Shown one piece after another: positions 1 through 12,599 of a stretch of DNA of 64,000 nucleotides. Source of the stretch: Octopus vulgaris (taxonomy: Eukaryota); contig OX597834.1 in NCBI GenBank assembly GCA_951406725.2, positions 6,696,001 to 6,760,000 of the forward strand. The letters run 5' to 3'. The translations under genes and the position numbers were made by a program. Under the pieces are notes generated by a model. The model worked only from the letters and a program-made list of their open reading frames with translations, was not told where the DNA came from and made no database searches. Each line of letters starts with the position of its first letter. Position 1 is the stretch's first letter.

Positions 1-415
1 GGCTGTGCACTGAGTCAATCCCACTCACTAAGCAACAGCAGCCATAATCCGAAAAGAACACGTCAGCATCATCAGTAACCACTGAGCCGCTGGTTTTATG
101 TCGGAGTTATCCCAGCTACCTGAGTTACTTTCTCCTAGAAGTATGCCCTAACAAAGGCTAAGAGTCCTTCATTCCCAATGGTTTAACCACTCAAGCGGGT
201 ATTCAGTCCGATTATTTCTATGTCCCCGCGCATGATACAGCCTTAAGACATTCATTGGATAGCCGTTGACTCTCAAGAGTTCCTCCGCCCTTTGACGGGT
301 TTTGTTTTTTATCTCACAGGGTGTCCAATAAACACCCTCCTCACCAAGCAAAGTTGGTAGGGTTGCCGGTTTAGTCGCCGATGACCCGACCATGCAACAT
401 ACATACATACATACA

Positions 416-472
416 AGATCGCTAGCCACTACACATTCTTTATTTTCTCTCCTTGTTTCTTTCTCTATTCCT
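416..472 (+). mobile_element. Penelope-like terminal fragment, truncated before its HHR
   Basis: agatcgctagccactacacattctttattttctctccttgttt matches the reverse complement of ~13365-13411, which flanks the HHR at 13324-13359. Confidence 0.55.
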
Positions 473-1041
473 ATATCTTCTATCTTCTATCATAGCCTGG
501 GTCTATGATAGAAGACATTTGTCCAAGGTGTCACTCAGTGGGACTGAATCCAGAACCATGTGGTTAGGGGGCAAACTTCATGTTACTCAGCCATGTCTTC
601 ACTTATCTCAACTTTTAATACACAAATTATCTCACACAATATTACACAGATTATACACACTCAGAAAAAAAAAAAAGAAAGATAAAGTTGTGATCCAAAA
701 GAGATTTGGCAGCTATTTCTAGCTCGTCATTTGACTACACAGAGCTTCTTTCTCATTGGTTCAATATGGTTGTTGAGTGGTTTGTTATGAGGCCGGGTGT
801 CAGTGCGCTTAGTGGACATGCATGAGTGGAATTGCATAATGACGTCTATTAGTAAGAGTGTGAAGTTAATATCATCAAAGAGAAAACGAGGAGAATGTAA
901 ACAAATGCAGTGAATGTTGGTATGCAATTTGGAGGAACGAAAGCCTTTCATTGATGAAGGAAAGCGAAGAATGGATGTGCATTAGATACCTCATCTGCTG
1001 TTAGTCTCACTTGCTCTTCTCTAAACATACCAACACACACC

Positions 1042-1052
1042 TATATATATAA

Positions 1053-1083
<31 letters not shown>

Positions 1084-1095
1084 CACATAAATACT

Positions 1096-1177
<82 letters not shown>

Positions 1178-1208
1178 AATGCATATATATATATATACAT
1201 ACATATAT

Positions 1209-1307
<99 letters not shown>

Positions 1308-1332
1308 ATATATATATATATGTATATATATA
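1042..1332. repeat. (TA)n microsatellite
   Basis: Direct reading. Confidence 0.98.
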
Positions 1333-2236
1333 TGCCCATTTTGTTTATATTCTCCAAACAATTCACGCTAAAGCATGGTGGGTGGTTTCTTGTGTACTAA
1401 TTCCAGTGACTATCACCGTGGGAAAAACATGTTTGGGAAAGGATTTCAATAGAGATGCCATTCTGATGCAAAACAGATTGGCCAACATGCCATGCTTCTG
1501 AGATATTTCTACTTTCAACCATTTGTCTGACAACCTGTACATTAAACATTTATGAAGAATTCATTTATTTACATTAGAAATTTCACATTAGACTAAATGA
1601 GAAAAGACATTCTCCAATCTGAGAGCTTCCAAGGGAGATAAACACCTTGTTCTGAACTCTGACTCTTTAATGGCAAACTTGTTAACTAAGCTGCTCTAGA
1701 TACCATCCATTCTCCCAAGAGCAAAGCAAAGATAAACGAATCCTCGCAGAGGCATCAGCGCAAATGGTCAATTTGACTTTTAAGAATTTTTATTTCTCTA
1801 ATGCAATTCTCTCTTTTCTAATTCTTCTGGGAAATAACTAAAACATCAAATCCAACATTTTCCTCTTTAAAGTGGCTTTGGCTAAAAGATAATCTTCCTA
1901 GGACAGATCAAACTTTTATCTAATTATAGACCCCTCTTTCAGAGTTTGACAAAGAAAACATTTAAAGAGACTTTATGTATCATGTGCTTATGCGGAAAAT
2001 GGTCTGCTTGGCTCCTGTACAGAGGGCATTAGTGTATACAAGCTGGAACGGAATGCGTAATCACTGCTAAAGTATTATCTCTCTAACACTTAGTACCCAT
2101 TGCTATCCTTCTTGTTATTGATTTTTACCTTCTTCTTCAGCTTAATAATAACAATGATGATGATGATGATGATGATGATAATAGCAATAATAATGATGGT
2201 GATGATGATGATGATGATGATGGTAGTGGTTTAATG

Positions 2237-2410
2237 GGTGCAGGCATAGCTGTATGATAAGACGTTTGTTTCCCAACCTCACAGTTTTGGGTTCAGTCCC
2301 ACTGCTTGGCACCTTGGGCAAATGTCTTCTATTACAGCTCCTGTAGACTTCTGAGTGGGCTTGGTAGACAGAAACTGAAAGAAGCCCATCGTATCTTTGT
2401 ATGTGTATGT
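2237..2410 (+). mobile_element. SINE family B, 5' half, diverged
   Basis: ggttcagtcccactg...ccttgggcaaatgtcttct...aaactgaaagaagccc, shared with full copies such as 27248-27643. Confidence 0.8.
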
Positions 2411-2465
2411 ATATATATATATGTATATATATATCAAAATAAGCAACAAGGCTATCCAAAGGTAG

Positions 2466-2544
2466 TGTAGTACAATCGTTTCATGCTACTTAAACAATGT
2501 AAGTATTACATCAGTTTTAAAATGTAGAGCACTCTTCAGCCACA
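2466..2544 (-). ncRNA. Type I hammerhead ribozyme, canonical core
   Basis: Minus strand: stem I tgtgg/ctaca; core CTGAAGA; stem II gtgct...agcat with a ~40-nt insert; GAAA; near-palindromic stem III acgattgt; GUA triplet. Confidence 0.75.
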
Positions 2545-2700
2545 TATGGAATTTTTAAAATTAAATTGACATTGTTCATTTTTATACTTATTCACCTCTC
2601 TATCTATATACCTACCCTCTTTGTAATGTTGGCAAATGGAATAAGTATAAAAATGAACATTGTCAATATATGTATGTGTATATATATATATATATATGTG

Positions 2701-3224
2701 TGTAAAAAAATACAAACTGGGACAGGAACGCAAAACATTTAGAAGACAATACAAAAAACACGGACGGGACATTCGGAGCCTTCAATCTTCAGTCAAGAAC
2801 CAGATCATCTTCGCAATTTCAGCTGATTAATCTTGAGATTGCTCCGATCTTGCCAAAGGAAAATCTAAGCCAAGCGCATTAGATTCCTTGGAAGAAAGCC
2901 TCGAATGTATACAAAACAAGGACGGAAAACAGGACGATGTTACACGAATAAAAATACAAAAATACGTAAAAACAATAATGATAATAAGAATAACAACAAA
3001 AACAGGACATCACAGACAAGCGTCTTTTTGACAGGACGAGTAAATTTTTGAGCTGGCGTTACAAAAAGCCTTTAGGGCTAGAGAGAGAAAAAACATTGTG
3101 TCTTGCCGCAACGGCTGCTGGCCACGAAAGGGCTAGCAATTGGTCAGCTAGTCACGTGTGAGAAGAGAGAGGAAAAGAGGGACAGATGAAGAGAGAAAGA
3201 AGGGGAACAAGGAACAAAGGAGGA

Positions 3225-3262
<38 letters not shown>

Positions 3263-3535
3263 CGATCAAAGAGGAGTGCAAAGTGTGAAAGGCAGAGAAA
3301 TGTAGGAGAGGAGGGAGAGAGACAGTGTTATAGAGTCGTACCAAGATAAGAATATGTACTTACATATTAGACCAAAATGGGTACGGACGCCGAGCAATCT
3401 CAAGATTAATCAGCCGAAATTGCAAAGATGATCCGGTTCTTGACTGAAGATTGAAGGCTTCGAATGTCCCGTCTGTGTTTTTTGTATCGTCTTCTAAATG
3501 TTTTGCGCTCCTGTCCCAGTTTGTATTTTTTTACA
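2701..3535. repeat. 144-bp inverted repeat (2701-2844 / 3392-3535), probably Penelope-like terminal sequence
   Basis: The two arms are reverse complements with few mismatches, and both outer ends abut TA-rich microsatellite. Confidence 0.85.
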
Positions 3536-3750
3536 TATACATATATATAGCGACATCCGTACCCCTTTTGGTCTAATATATATATATATACTGATAAAAA
3601 TGGTAAGACAACAAAAGAAAGAAAGAGACCTTGATATTATGTAAATTGAGGAATTTATCTGTAAATGTAATATGTGACAATTATTCGGCACGCTGCCATC
3701 TCTTCAGTTATCTGGCCATCATTTTTCATTTTTCATGGCATTTTTCCGAT

Positions 3751-3822
3751 GGCCGGATAACTGAAAAGATGGCAGCATGGATTTCCACCTCGGCATCTGA
3801 AACTTGGAGTTTTATCATGGCT
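3751..3822 (+). ncRNA. Type I HHR with a G8A core lesion, probably inactive
   Basis: Stem I gataa/ttatc; core CTGAAAA; stem II gatg...catc; GAAA; stem III acttggagt. The inverted partial copy at 3692-3720 keeps CTGAAGA. Confidence 0.65.
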
Positions 3823-3848
3823 ACCGAATAATTGTCACATATTACATT

Positions 3849-3892
<44 letters not shown>

Positions 3893-3908
3893 GGAATAAA
3901 CACATAAA

Positions 3909-3944
3909 TGTCCGACGAACGGGAACATGCAACTCCGAGTAACA
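3909..3944 (+). ncRNA. Decayed minimal HHR
   Basis: tgt CCGACGA acg-ggaa-cat GCAA ctc-c-gag T A aca; topology retained, but GAAA has become GCAA and stem II is mismatched. Confidence 0.45.
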
Positions 3945-4181
3945 GGTTTTGTTGAATTTCTGCTGCTTTTAAATAAAGTATATATATATATATATACACA
4001 TACATATATATATGTATATATATATATTTATATATATATATATAATTTAAAAATAGGATAAAATCTTCATAAGAATTTATCAAGTAGTTAGCATAAAAAA
4101 CCCCATAAGAAAAAAAAAACCACCAATTTTTTCCCTTAAATATCTGTTGATTTTATTCATTCATTATATTTCTTGAATTAT

Positions 4182-4247
4182 GCTTGTACTGAAGAGTAAA
4201 GAGTACAAAATAACGTACTTATTACGAAATCACTGATGATATACAGC
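4182..4247 (+). ncRNA. Type I hammerhead ribozyme, intact
   Basis: Stem I (gc)ttgta/tacag(c); core CTGAAGA 4189-4195; stem II gtaa-a-gagtac[aaaataac]gtactt-a-ttac; GAAA 4226-4229; stem III atca[ctga]tgat; AUA triplet, predicted cleavage after 4241. Confidence 0.88.
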
Positions 4248-4515
4248 TAAATTCTGCTTTTAAATGTCTGGCTTCGAGAGTTTGCATTCGGTGAGATATG
4301 TTTATTTATTTTAGTAGTTTTTACTTTAAGAGCCCCTCATAGCATGTGACATTTATGTGTAATAATGTCCTCTATATAATATAAATATATTCTAATGCCA
4401 AATATGCCGAAAATAGACAAAATAGTCAATAACCATTATAATTATCGGTTGTCAAGCCGATACAAATTTCTACAAATTTTCCATGGGTATGAGTAAGTAT
4501 TTCATTTATGTCTTA

Positions 4516-4586
4516 CGTATTTATCGCTGAGGAGGTGAAAATTCTTATGAATTAACTCTGAAATTGGGACCAATACGGTAATAACG
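4516..4586 (+). ncRNA. Type I hammerhead ribozyme, canonical core
   Basis: Stem I ttatcg/cggtaa; core CTGAGGA 4527-4533; imperfect stem II containing aattc[ttat]gaatt; GAAA 4560-4563; stem III attgg[ga]ccaat; AUA triplet, predicted cleavage after 4575. Confidence 0.8.
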
Positions 4587-5118
4587 GAATTTTCGAGACA
4601 CACATGTATATATATATATATATGCATATTTGTGTGTGTGAGTGCGTGCATGTGTGTGTGTTACAGTACCTTCCTTACCTTAACATTGCATGCTAGTTGT
4701 AAATGTGTGATGCCATCATGCATGCGGTCTCCATAAAAAACATGTCTGACCATGGAACAATATTACCTTGCTTGGAAACAGGTAAGAGTTGGTGACATGA
4801 AGAGCATCCAGCTGTAGAAAAATCTGCCTCAGCAAATTCTGTCCAACCCATGCAGACACAGAAAAGCAGACGTTAAAATGGCGATGTTACAAATTTTAGC
4901 ACAAAGCCAGTAAGTTTTATGATGTGGGTTAGTTGGTACCATCAGACTCCCAGAACTAGATTGGTACTTTATTTTATTGACCTCGAGAAGGACAAAAAAG
5001 CAAAGATGACCTCAACAGGATTTGAACTCAAGACATAAAGAACTAGAACAAATACCACAAGGTATTTTTCTCTGACACAATACTATTTCAGCAAGAAGAA
5101 GAACTACTACTACTACTA

Positions 5119-5149
<31 letters not shown>

Positions 5150-6597
5150 AACAATAATAATGGTTTCAAATTTTGCCACAAGGGTAGCCATTTTGGGGGA
5201 GGACATGAGTCAATTATATTGACCTAATGCTCAACTAGTACTTATTTTATCGACCCCTAAAGGATGAAATTTTTGAAGTTGACCTTCACTGAATTTGAAC
5301 TCACAATGTAAGGACTTCATGCTGCCACACAACCTTAATAACAATCCTTTCCACTATAGGCACAAGGCCTGAAATTTGTGGAAGGGGGAAAGTTGATTAC
5401 ATTGATCCAGTATTCAGCTGGTATTTATTTTACTGATCTTGAAATGACGAAAGGTAAAGTCAACCTTGCCGGAATTTGAACTCACAACGTAGTGGCAGAT
5501 GAAATACTGCTAAGCATTTTGCCAGGCATGTTAATGATTCTGCCAGCTTGCCATCTTTCTACCACCTTAATAATGATAACACACATATGTGTGTACACAC
5601 ACACAATGGGCTTTTATGCTGTTTCTATCTACCAAATTCCCTAACAAGGAACTGGTCAGCCCAGGCCTATAGAAGAAGACATTTGTCCAAGGTGCTGTGC
5701 AGTGGGACTGAACTCAAAACCATGTGGTTTCAAAACAAGCTTTTTGTCCATGCAGCTATGTTTAACTATCCACGTAACATTCACTAGAAAATTTCGTTTG
5801 ATTCCCGGTACATTTTCTGTCAAAATTATTGAGAGTCACTGATATGTACCCATAGACATGAACGTGTTTGCTTTGACAGTTCTTCATTGTGAAGTGACAT
5901 ATAATGACCAAGTGTGTATCTAACAAAGCAATGTGAAAATTATGAAGTTATGATAATCTGCGAAATGTCTGTCCCACAGGCAATAAGAATTAGGTGAGCC
6001 ACCAGAACATAATAATCCAAGACAGAAATGAGAATCTCTTTATTCTGATGGACATTTCAATTGCTTTTTTTGCCGAAATATCAGTTGCAAAGAAGTCGAG
6101 AAACTATTACATAACAAAGGAAAATAAATGAAGATAAACATGAGAAAAACGGTTCCAAGTAATAATAAGTGGAATGGTTGGTATGACAACAAAAAACATG
6201 AATAAACACACGAGAGCCAATTGGAAGATCACAGTTTTTCACACTGTCGAAAACATAGCACGATTGTGTACAGCCTACATCCTTCATCAGATGCATTCAA
6301 TTTCATACTACAACTCATGTGGCAGACAGACAGATAGACAGACGCACACACACACACACACATACCTACACACAAAGGAGTTGTATTCTGTTGATTCACC
6401 ATCAAATACAATAGCCCAATGCACATGACAAACGAAGCTACATACGCTTAACTTTTGATTTCATGTCACGGCAAAATTATCTTGCCTCACATCCTCCGGC
6501 AGTCGATAAACTTAGTACAACTGGCTACGTCTACCTAAAATATGTGTAATTTTGTCTCACTGTCAGAAATCAATATATTTTCGCATTGACAGCTCCG

Positions 6598-6829
6598 TAC
6601 TCTTTACTCTTTACTCTTTTACTCTTTTACTTGTTTCAGTCATTTGACTGCGGCCACGCTGGAGCACCACCTTTAATCGAGCAACTCGACCCCGGGACTT
6701 ATTCTTTTGTAAGCCCAGTACATATTCTATCGGTCTCTTTTGCCGAACCGCTAAGTTACGGGGACGTAAACACACCAGCATCGGTTGTCAAGCAATGCTA
6801 GGGGGACAAACACAGACACACAAACACAT

Positions 6830-6860
<31 letters not shown>

Positions 6861-7026
6861 CATATATACGACAGGCTTCTTTCAGTTTCCGTCTACCAAA
6901 TCCACTCACAAGGCATTGGTCGGCCCGGGGCTATAGCAGAAGACACTTGCCCAAGATGCCACGCAGTGGGACTGAACCCGGAACCATGTGGTTGGTTAGC
7001 AAGCTACTTACCACACAACCACTCCT
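6598..7026 (-). mobile_element. SINE family B, full length (tRNA-like head, CORE-like ccttgggcaagtg motif, internal TA/TG tract, (GAGTAAAA)n tail)
   Basis: About ten near-identical copies in the window; A/B-box-like head tggctgtgtggtaag...ggttcagtccc. Confidence 0.9.
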
Positions 7027-7291
7027 ACAATTATAAAATTTTAAAAAATTGTATCTGCTATGCATGTGTATAAAGAGGGAGCCTGTGTTTAAGTTGCTTT
7101 CTAGATGAGGGCTGAGAGCATCAGGTAGATGGTGCATATGTATGTATTTGCTTGGGTAGATGTATGCAAGGGTGCAAGTGAGTATCAGTTGTGTGTGAGG
7201 ACATTATTTTCATTTTCCTTGTATTTACTTACCAGTTCTTCTGAGCTGGGTTTTACTCCAACAAATAAAAGCAGACTTTCTACTTAATACC

Positions 7292-7933
7292 TATTTCTTT
7301 ACTACCCACCTCGGCGGAATTTGATCTCAGAACGTAACGGCAAACGAAATACCTATTAAGTCGATTATATCGACCCTGGTGTGTAACTGCTACTTATTTA
7401 ATCGATCCCGAAAGGAGGAAAGGCAAAGTTGACATCGGCGGAATTTGAACTCAGAACGTAACGGCTGACGAAATACCGCAAAGCATTTCGCCCGGCGTGC
7501 TAACGATTCTGCCACTACTTAATACCTATTTCTTTACTACCCACAAGGGGCTAAACACAGAGGGGACGAACAAGGACAGACACACGGATTAAGTCGATTA
7601 TATCGACCCCAGTGCGTAACTGGTACTTAATTTATCGGCCCCCGAAAGGATGAAAGGCAAAGTTGACCTTGGCGGAATTTGAACTCAGAATGTAACGGCA
7701 GACGAAATATCTATTTCTTTATTACCCACAAGGGGCTAAACACAGAGGGGACGAACAAGGACAGACACACGGATTAAGTCGATTACATCGATCCCAGTGA
7801 GTAACTGGTACATATTTAATCAACCCCGAAAGGATGAAAGGCAAAGTTGACCTTGGCGGAATTTGAACTCTGAACATAACGGCAGACGAAATACTGCAAA
7901 GCATTTCGCTCGGTGTGCTAACGTTTCTGCCAC
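7292..7933 (-). mobile_element. SINE family A tandem array (two blocks)
   Basis: Repeated ~184-bp units; flank ctacttaatacc occurs at ~7280, ~7515 and ~7934. Confidence 0.9.
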
Positions 7934-8330
7934 TACTTAATACCATCAATTCCATGCCCTTTGTCTCAATTCTGATGCAACTCTGTCACCTTTATTGGTC
8001 ATTAAAACTGACAAGTTCATTTTGGTGACACCTGATCACAGGTTACTTGTCATTATATCAGCTTTTGCTACTTTCCCATAATGTGAGACAAAATTCAGCA
8101 CTAGCCATGGGGCTACATTGTTTTCAATGTATGTTATTTTAACTCTTATGTTTCTTTTAGTCATGGCTGTATGGTAAGAACCTTGCTTCCAAACTACAAG
8201 ACTCTGGGTTCAATCTCATTGCATGGCACTTTGGGCAAGTGTCTTCTACTATAACCTTGGGCCAACCAAAGTCTTGTGAGTAGATTTGGTAGAAGGAAAC
8301 TGAAAAAAGTCTGTTGTATATATGTATGTG

Positions 8331-8667
8331 AAGGTGCATGGCTCAGTGGTTAGAGCATAGAGCTTACAATCCAATCATGAGGTTGTGAGTTTGAATCCTG
8401 GACCGGGCTGCATGTTTTGTTCTTAAGCAAGACACTTTATTTCACGTTGCTCCAGTTTACTCAGCTGTAGAATTGAGTTGTGACGTCACTGGTGCCAAGC
8501 TGTATCGACCTTTGTCTTTCCCTTGGATAACACTTGTGGCATGGAGAGGGGAGGCCGGTGTGCATGGGTGACTGCTGGTCTTCCATAAACAACCTTGCCT
8601 GGACTTATGCCTGAGAGGGTAAATTTCTAGGAGCAATCCCATGGTCAGTCATGACTGAAGGGGGTCT
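8331..8667 (+). mobile_element. SINE family C (tRNA head plus CORE-like motif)
   Basis: tggctcagtggttagagc...gtttgaatcc head; near-identical to 29561-29899. Confidence 0.88.
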
Positions 8668-9212
8668 CAGACGTAGATGCACACAGCATCGACAACAGAT
8701 TGCATTCCCAGAATATAGAATGATACCTTTTAGTGAACACATTGAGAAATGCGCAAAGCAACTACAACCACAATTTTTAATCTTTCCATTTTACCAATGT
8801 GCTTTCGGATCATCATCACAAATTAGACTAAATAAGGAAACATTCTTCATTGAAAAGTACAAACCCAGACTCAACTATCCGAACTCAATAATACAGAGAA
8901 ATTCACACTAAAGGAAAAAAATTTTTTTAAGCGATTATCTCCCTTACACCGGAAGAAATCACTCACTACTTTCCCTTATTTAGAACTCTCCTTAGCAAAA
9001 ATACAAGGATTACGTTATTAAAAATAAACATTAAGTCACAAGAAATTTGAAGAGCTAACTGCAAAACCGGTATTTCTTTAAAAATTATAAAATTATGTCA
9101 TTTTAAGGAAAGGAAAAAAATTTTTCCAATATTCTCCAGACATTTTGACGCAAATATATATATATTTTTTAACATTTAAGCCTTCTGTCGTTTTTTCACT
9201 CTTTACTATTTT

Positions 9213-9215
<3 letters not shown>
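8666..9215 (+). mobile_element. Penelope-like retroelement 3' fragment: C-terminal GIY-YIG endonuclease plus terminal region
   Basis: Translation ...HRQQIAFPEYRMIPFSEHIEKC...FLIFPFYQC...RLNKETFFIEKYKPRLN fits the PLE GIY-YIG C-terminus (R..KE..FI....P.LN); followed by an HHR-like motif at 9040-9078 and (TA)n. Confidence 0.8.
9040..9078 (+). ncRNA. Decayed minimal HHR of the PLE terminal repeat
   Basis: aagaaat TTGAAGA gc-taact-gc AAAA ccggt atttctt: perfect 7-bp stem I, palindromic accggt, two core substitutions. Confidence 0.5.
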
Positions 9216-9248
<33 letters not shown>

Positions 9249-10076
9249 GATACACATGTGTGTGTTTGTGTCTTTGTAACCGTGTTTGTTTCCCCCCGAC
9301 CCAACACTGCTTGACAACTGGTGTTGAAGTTTTTACATCAACTTAGCAGTTCAGCAAAAGAAATAAATAGCATAAGCACCTGGCTTAAAAATAATATGTG
9401 TTGGGGTTGATTTACTGGGCTAAAAATTCTTCAAGGCAGTGCCCCAGCTTGGCGGCTGTCTTATGACTGAAACAAGTAAAAAAAATAAAAGTCAAAGATA
9501 CTGCAGCACAAATGTTTAGTTAGATGCACACCTGACAATTCCAGCCTGTATTTTGGTTACCTTTTCAGTTATAGAGGTACAGCAAATAGTGCCAACGTTT
9601 TTTTTACCGATTTCAATTGAAATAATTTTTTTCTAATATGTCCTGGAGAATTGTTATACTTCTTGACACGATAAAAAAAATTTAACTCTCTTCCATCCTT
9701 TTTTTCCTAAGAAAAATTACATAATTTTTCTCTTCCCCCCAGCCCACCTTTCGTGCCAAAAAATTATATTGTTGGGTTTTACAAAATTCTTCCTTTTCAT
9801 ATATTTCTCTTGTAGCTGTGACAAGTCCACAAACTCTGTTCATTTTGAATCGAGAGAAAGTTTGTCTTCACACAGCTGTTCTATGAATGGACAGGCAATA
9901 TTTGAAATTGTGTAAGAGTTATTTCTTCTACTCTTGTTCTTGTTGTTATTACAGTCATTTCTTGCCAAAATATTTATTAGAGTATTTAGAAAACTTTCTT
10001 CTGTTAATTGTTCTCTAAACTGTCCATTTTTATCTCTTTCCTCCTGCTTATTTAGTTGTTTGTTTTGATTTTTCGT

Positions 10077-10541
<465 letters not shown>

Positions 10542-10849
10542 TTTTTTTTTTCTGGCTATTGAATTATTTTTGATGTGTTGCATAATTGTGTGTGGAAGCC
10601 ATTTTAGATTTGCACACGTAAATAAAAGTATAAACGCTTATAAAAACAAAATAAACCTCATTTTTTGTTTTTTTAATCTGCCCCATGGATATTGAGGAGA
10701 GACTCTATGTTTAGTCATTTTATTTTTGTTTTTGCTTTTCACAAGTACTCCAAATAAAAATTTTGTCTGTAATCCTCCAAGAATTTGTATTTTGAAGGAA
10801 AAATGTTTTTCAAAAGTTACATCATAGCACCGTGAGGGAACAAATATTC

Positions 10850-11088
<239 letters not shown>

Positions 11089-11089
11089 G

Positions 11090-11622
11090 TTTCTGATCTT
11101 AACTGATTGGAGGTGTTATCATGTACATTGTTTTGTCTCAGTATAAAAGGTGGGCTACAGCAAATACTCTGCTCAATACCACAGATTTGCTTGTCAGTTG
11201 TTTGACCTTAACCAGTTGAACATGTACCTTGGTGGCTGACGATATGTGCATCTCCGACTATGAGTAGAAGTAGTGGGGAAGCATCATAGCCGTGTGTTGA
11301 GAGGAGTTCTTTGTGGGGTGGGTGGGTGCATAATTGACCTTTGGAAACACGGGTGGTTCGTTCAACATCCTTAAATAATTCTTATTCAGAGACCTTTTGT
11401 GTTGGATGGGTTACTCAACCTGAAGAAAATTGTAACTGGGCCCCACCTGCAAGGTCATGTGCTGATTGTCATCATATGAGATCACCATGTTGTGGATGTA
11501 TGGTTATGATGCATGTACATGGTGTACCCTTATCAGACGGGTAGTCATGATGGGTACACTGGGCTTCGTATATTTGTACCCCAGTCTCACTTTGATGGCA
11601 TGCATTGCTCTCTCACTCCACA
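11090..11622 (+). mobile_element. Non-LTR retroelement 3' fragment (family F) embedded in (AAT)n
   Basis: Reverse-complement homolog at 42023-42580; both copies share the 3' end gc...gctctctcactc followed by (AAT)n. Confidence 0.8.
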
Positions 11623-11640
11623 ATGATAATAATAATAATG

Positions 11641-11688
<48 letters not shown>

Positions 11689-11891
11689 GTGTAAAATTTT
11701 GGGACAAAGCTAACAGTTTTAGGGGACGTTGATTACATCAGCCCCAAGGCTCAACTAGTCCTTCTCTTATTAATAAACACAAACTCACACACATATATAT
11801 ATCATCATCATCATCATTATTGTTTAATGTCCATCTTCCATGCATGCATGGATACATATACATATATATACATATATATACATATATATAC

Positions 11892-11943
<52 letters not shown>

Positions 11944-12599
11944 GGATTCCACACAATTTCCATTGACCAATTCACTCACACAGCATTCGTCAGCCCAGGC
12001 CAACAGGAGATGGCACTTGCCCAAAGTTCCACACAGTGGGTCTTAACCTGAAACCACATGGTTGCAAATTGAATTTCTTAGAAGTGAACCATGCCTGCAC
12101 TAAGAGAAAGATAATTACATAAGCCATGCATGTGGAGAATTGTGCACAGGTTACATTAAGGAGAGCAAATCTTATAAAGCCACATACCATCATCATCCTC
12201 TAACGTTCATTTTCCATGCTGGTATGGGTTGGACATTTTCACAGGAGCTAACAAGCTGGAGAGCTGGACTAAGGTCCATTGCTTACTTCTGGATAATGTC
12301 TATGGCTGGATGCCCTTCCAATGCAAACCACCTTACAGAGTGTACTGGATGCTTTTTGTGTGGCATCAGCCATATATGTGTGTGTGTGCGTGTGTGTGTA
12401 TGTGTATGTGTGTGTGTGTTTGTGTGTGTGTGATTGTGTGTGTGTTTGTGTGTGTGTGTTGTGTGTGTGTGTGTGTTTATCTGTGTGTTTGTGTGTGTGT
12501 GTGTGTTTGTTTGTTTGTGTGTGTTTATCTGTGTGTTTGTGTGTGTGTGTGCGTTTGTTTGTTTGTGTGTGTGTGTGTTTGTGTGTGTATGTGCGCGCT

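Noticed and set aside
1-407. GC-richer segment resembling a LINE 5' UTR on the minus strand
   Set aside because: No second copy or coding evidence in the window
1397-1534. Possible minus-strand terminal exon ([19 protein letters not shown]...HWN*)
   Set aside because: Weak polypyrimidine tract, no recognisable homology, no upstream exon found
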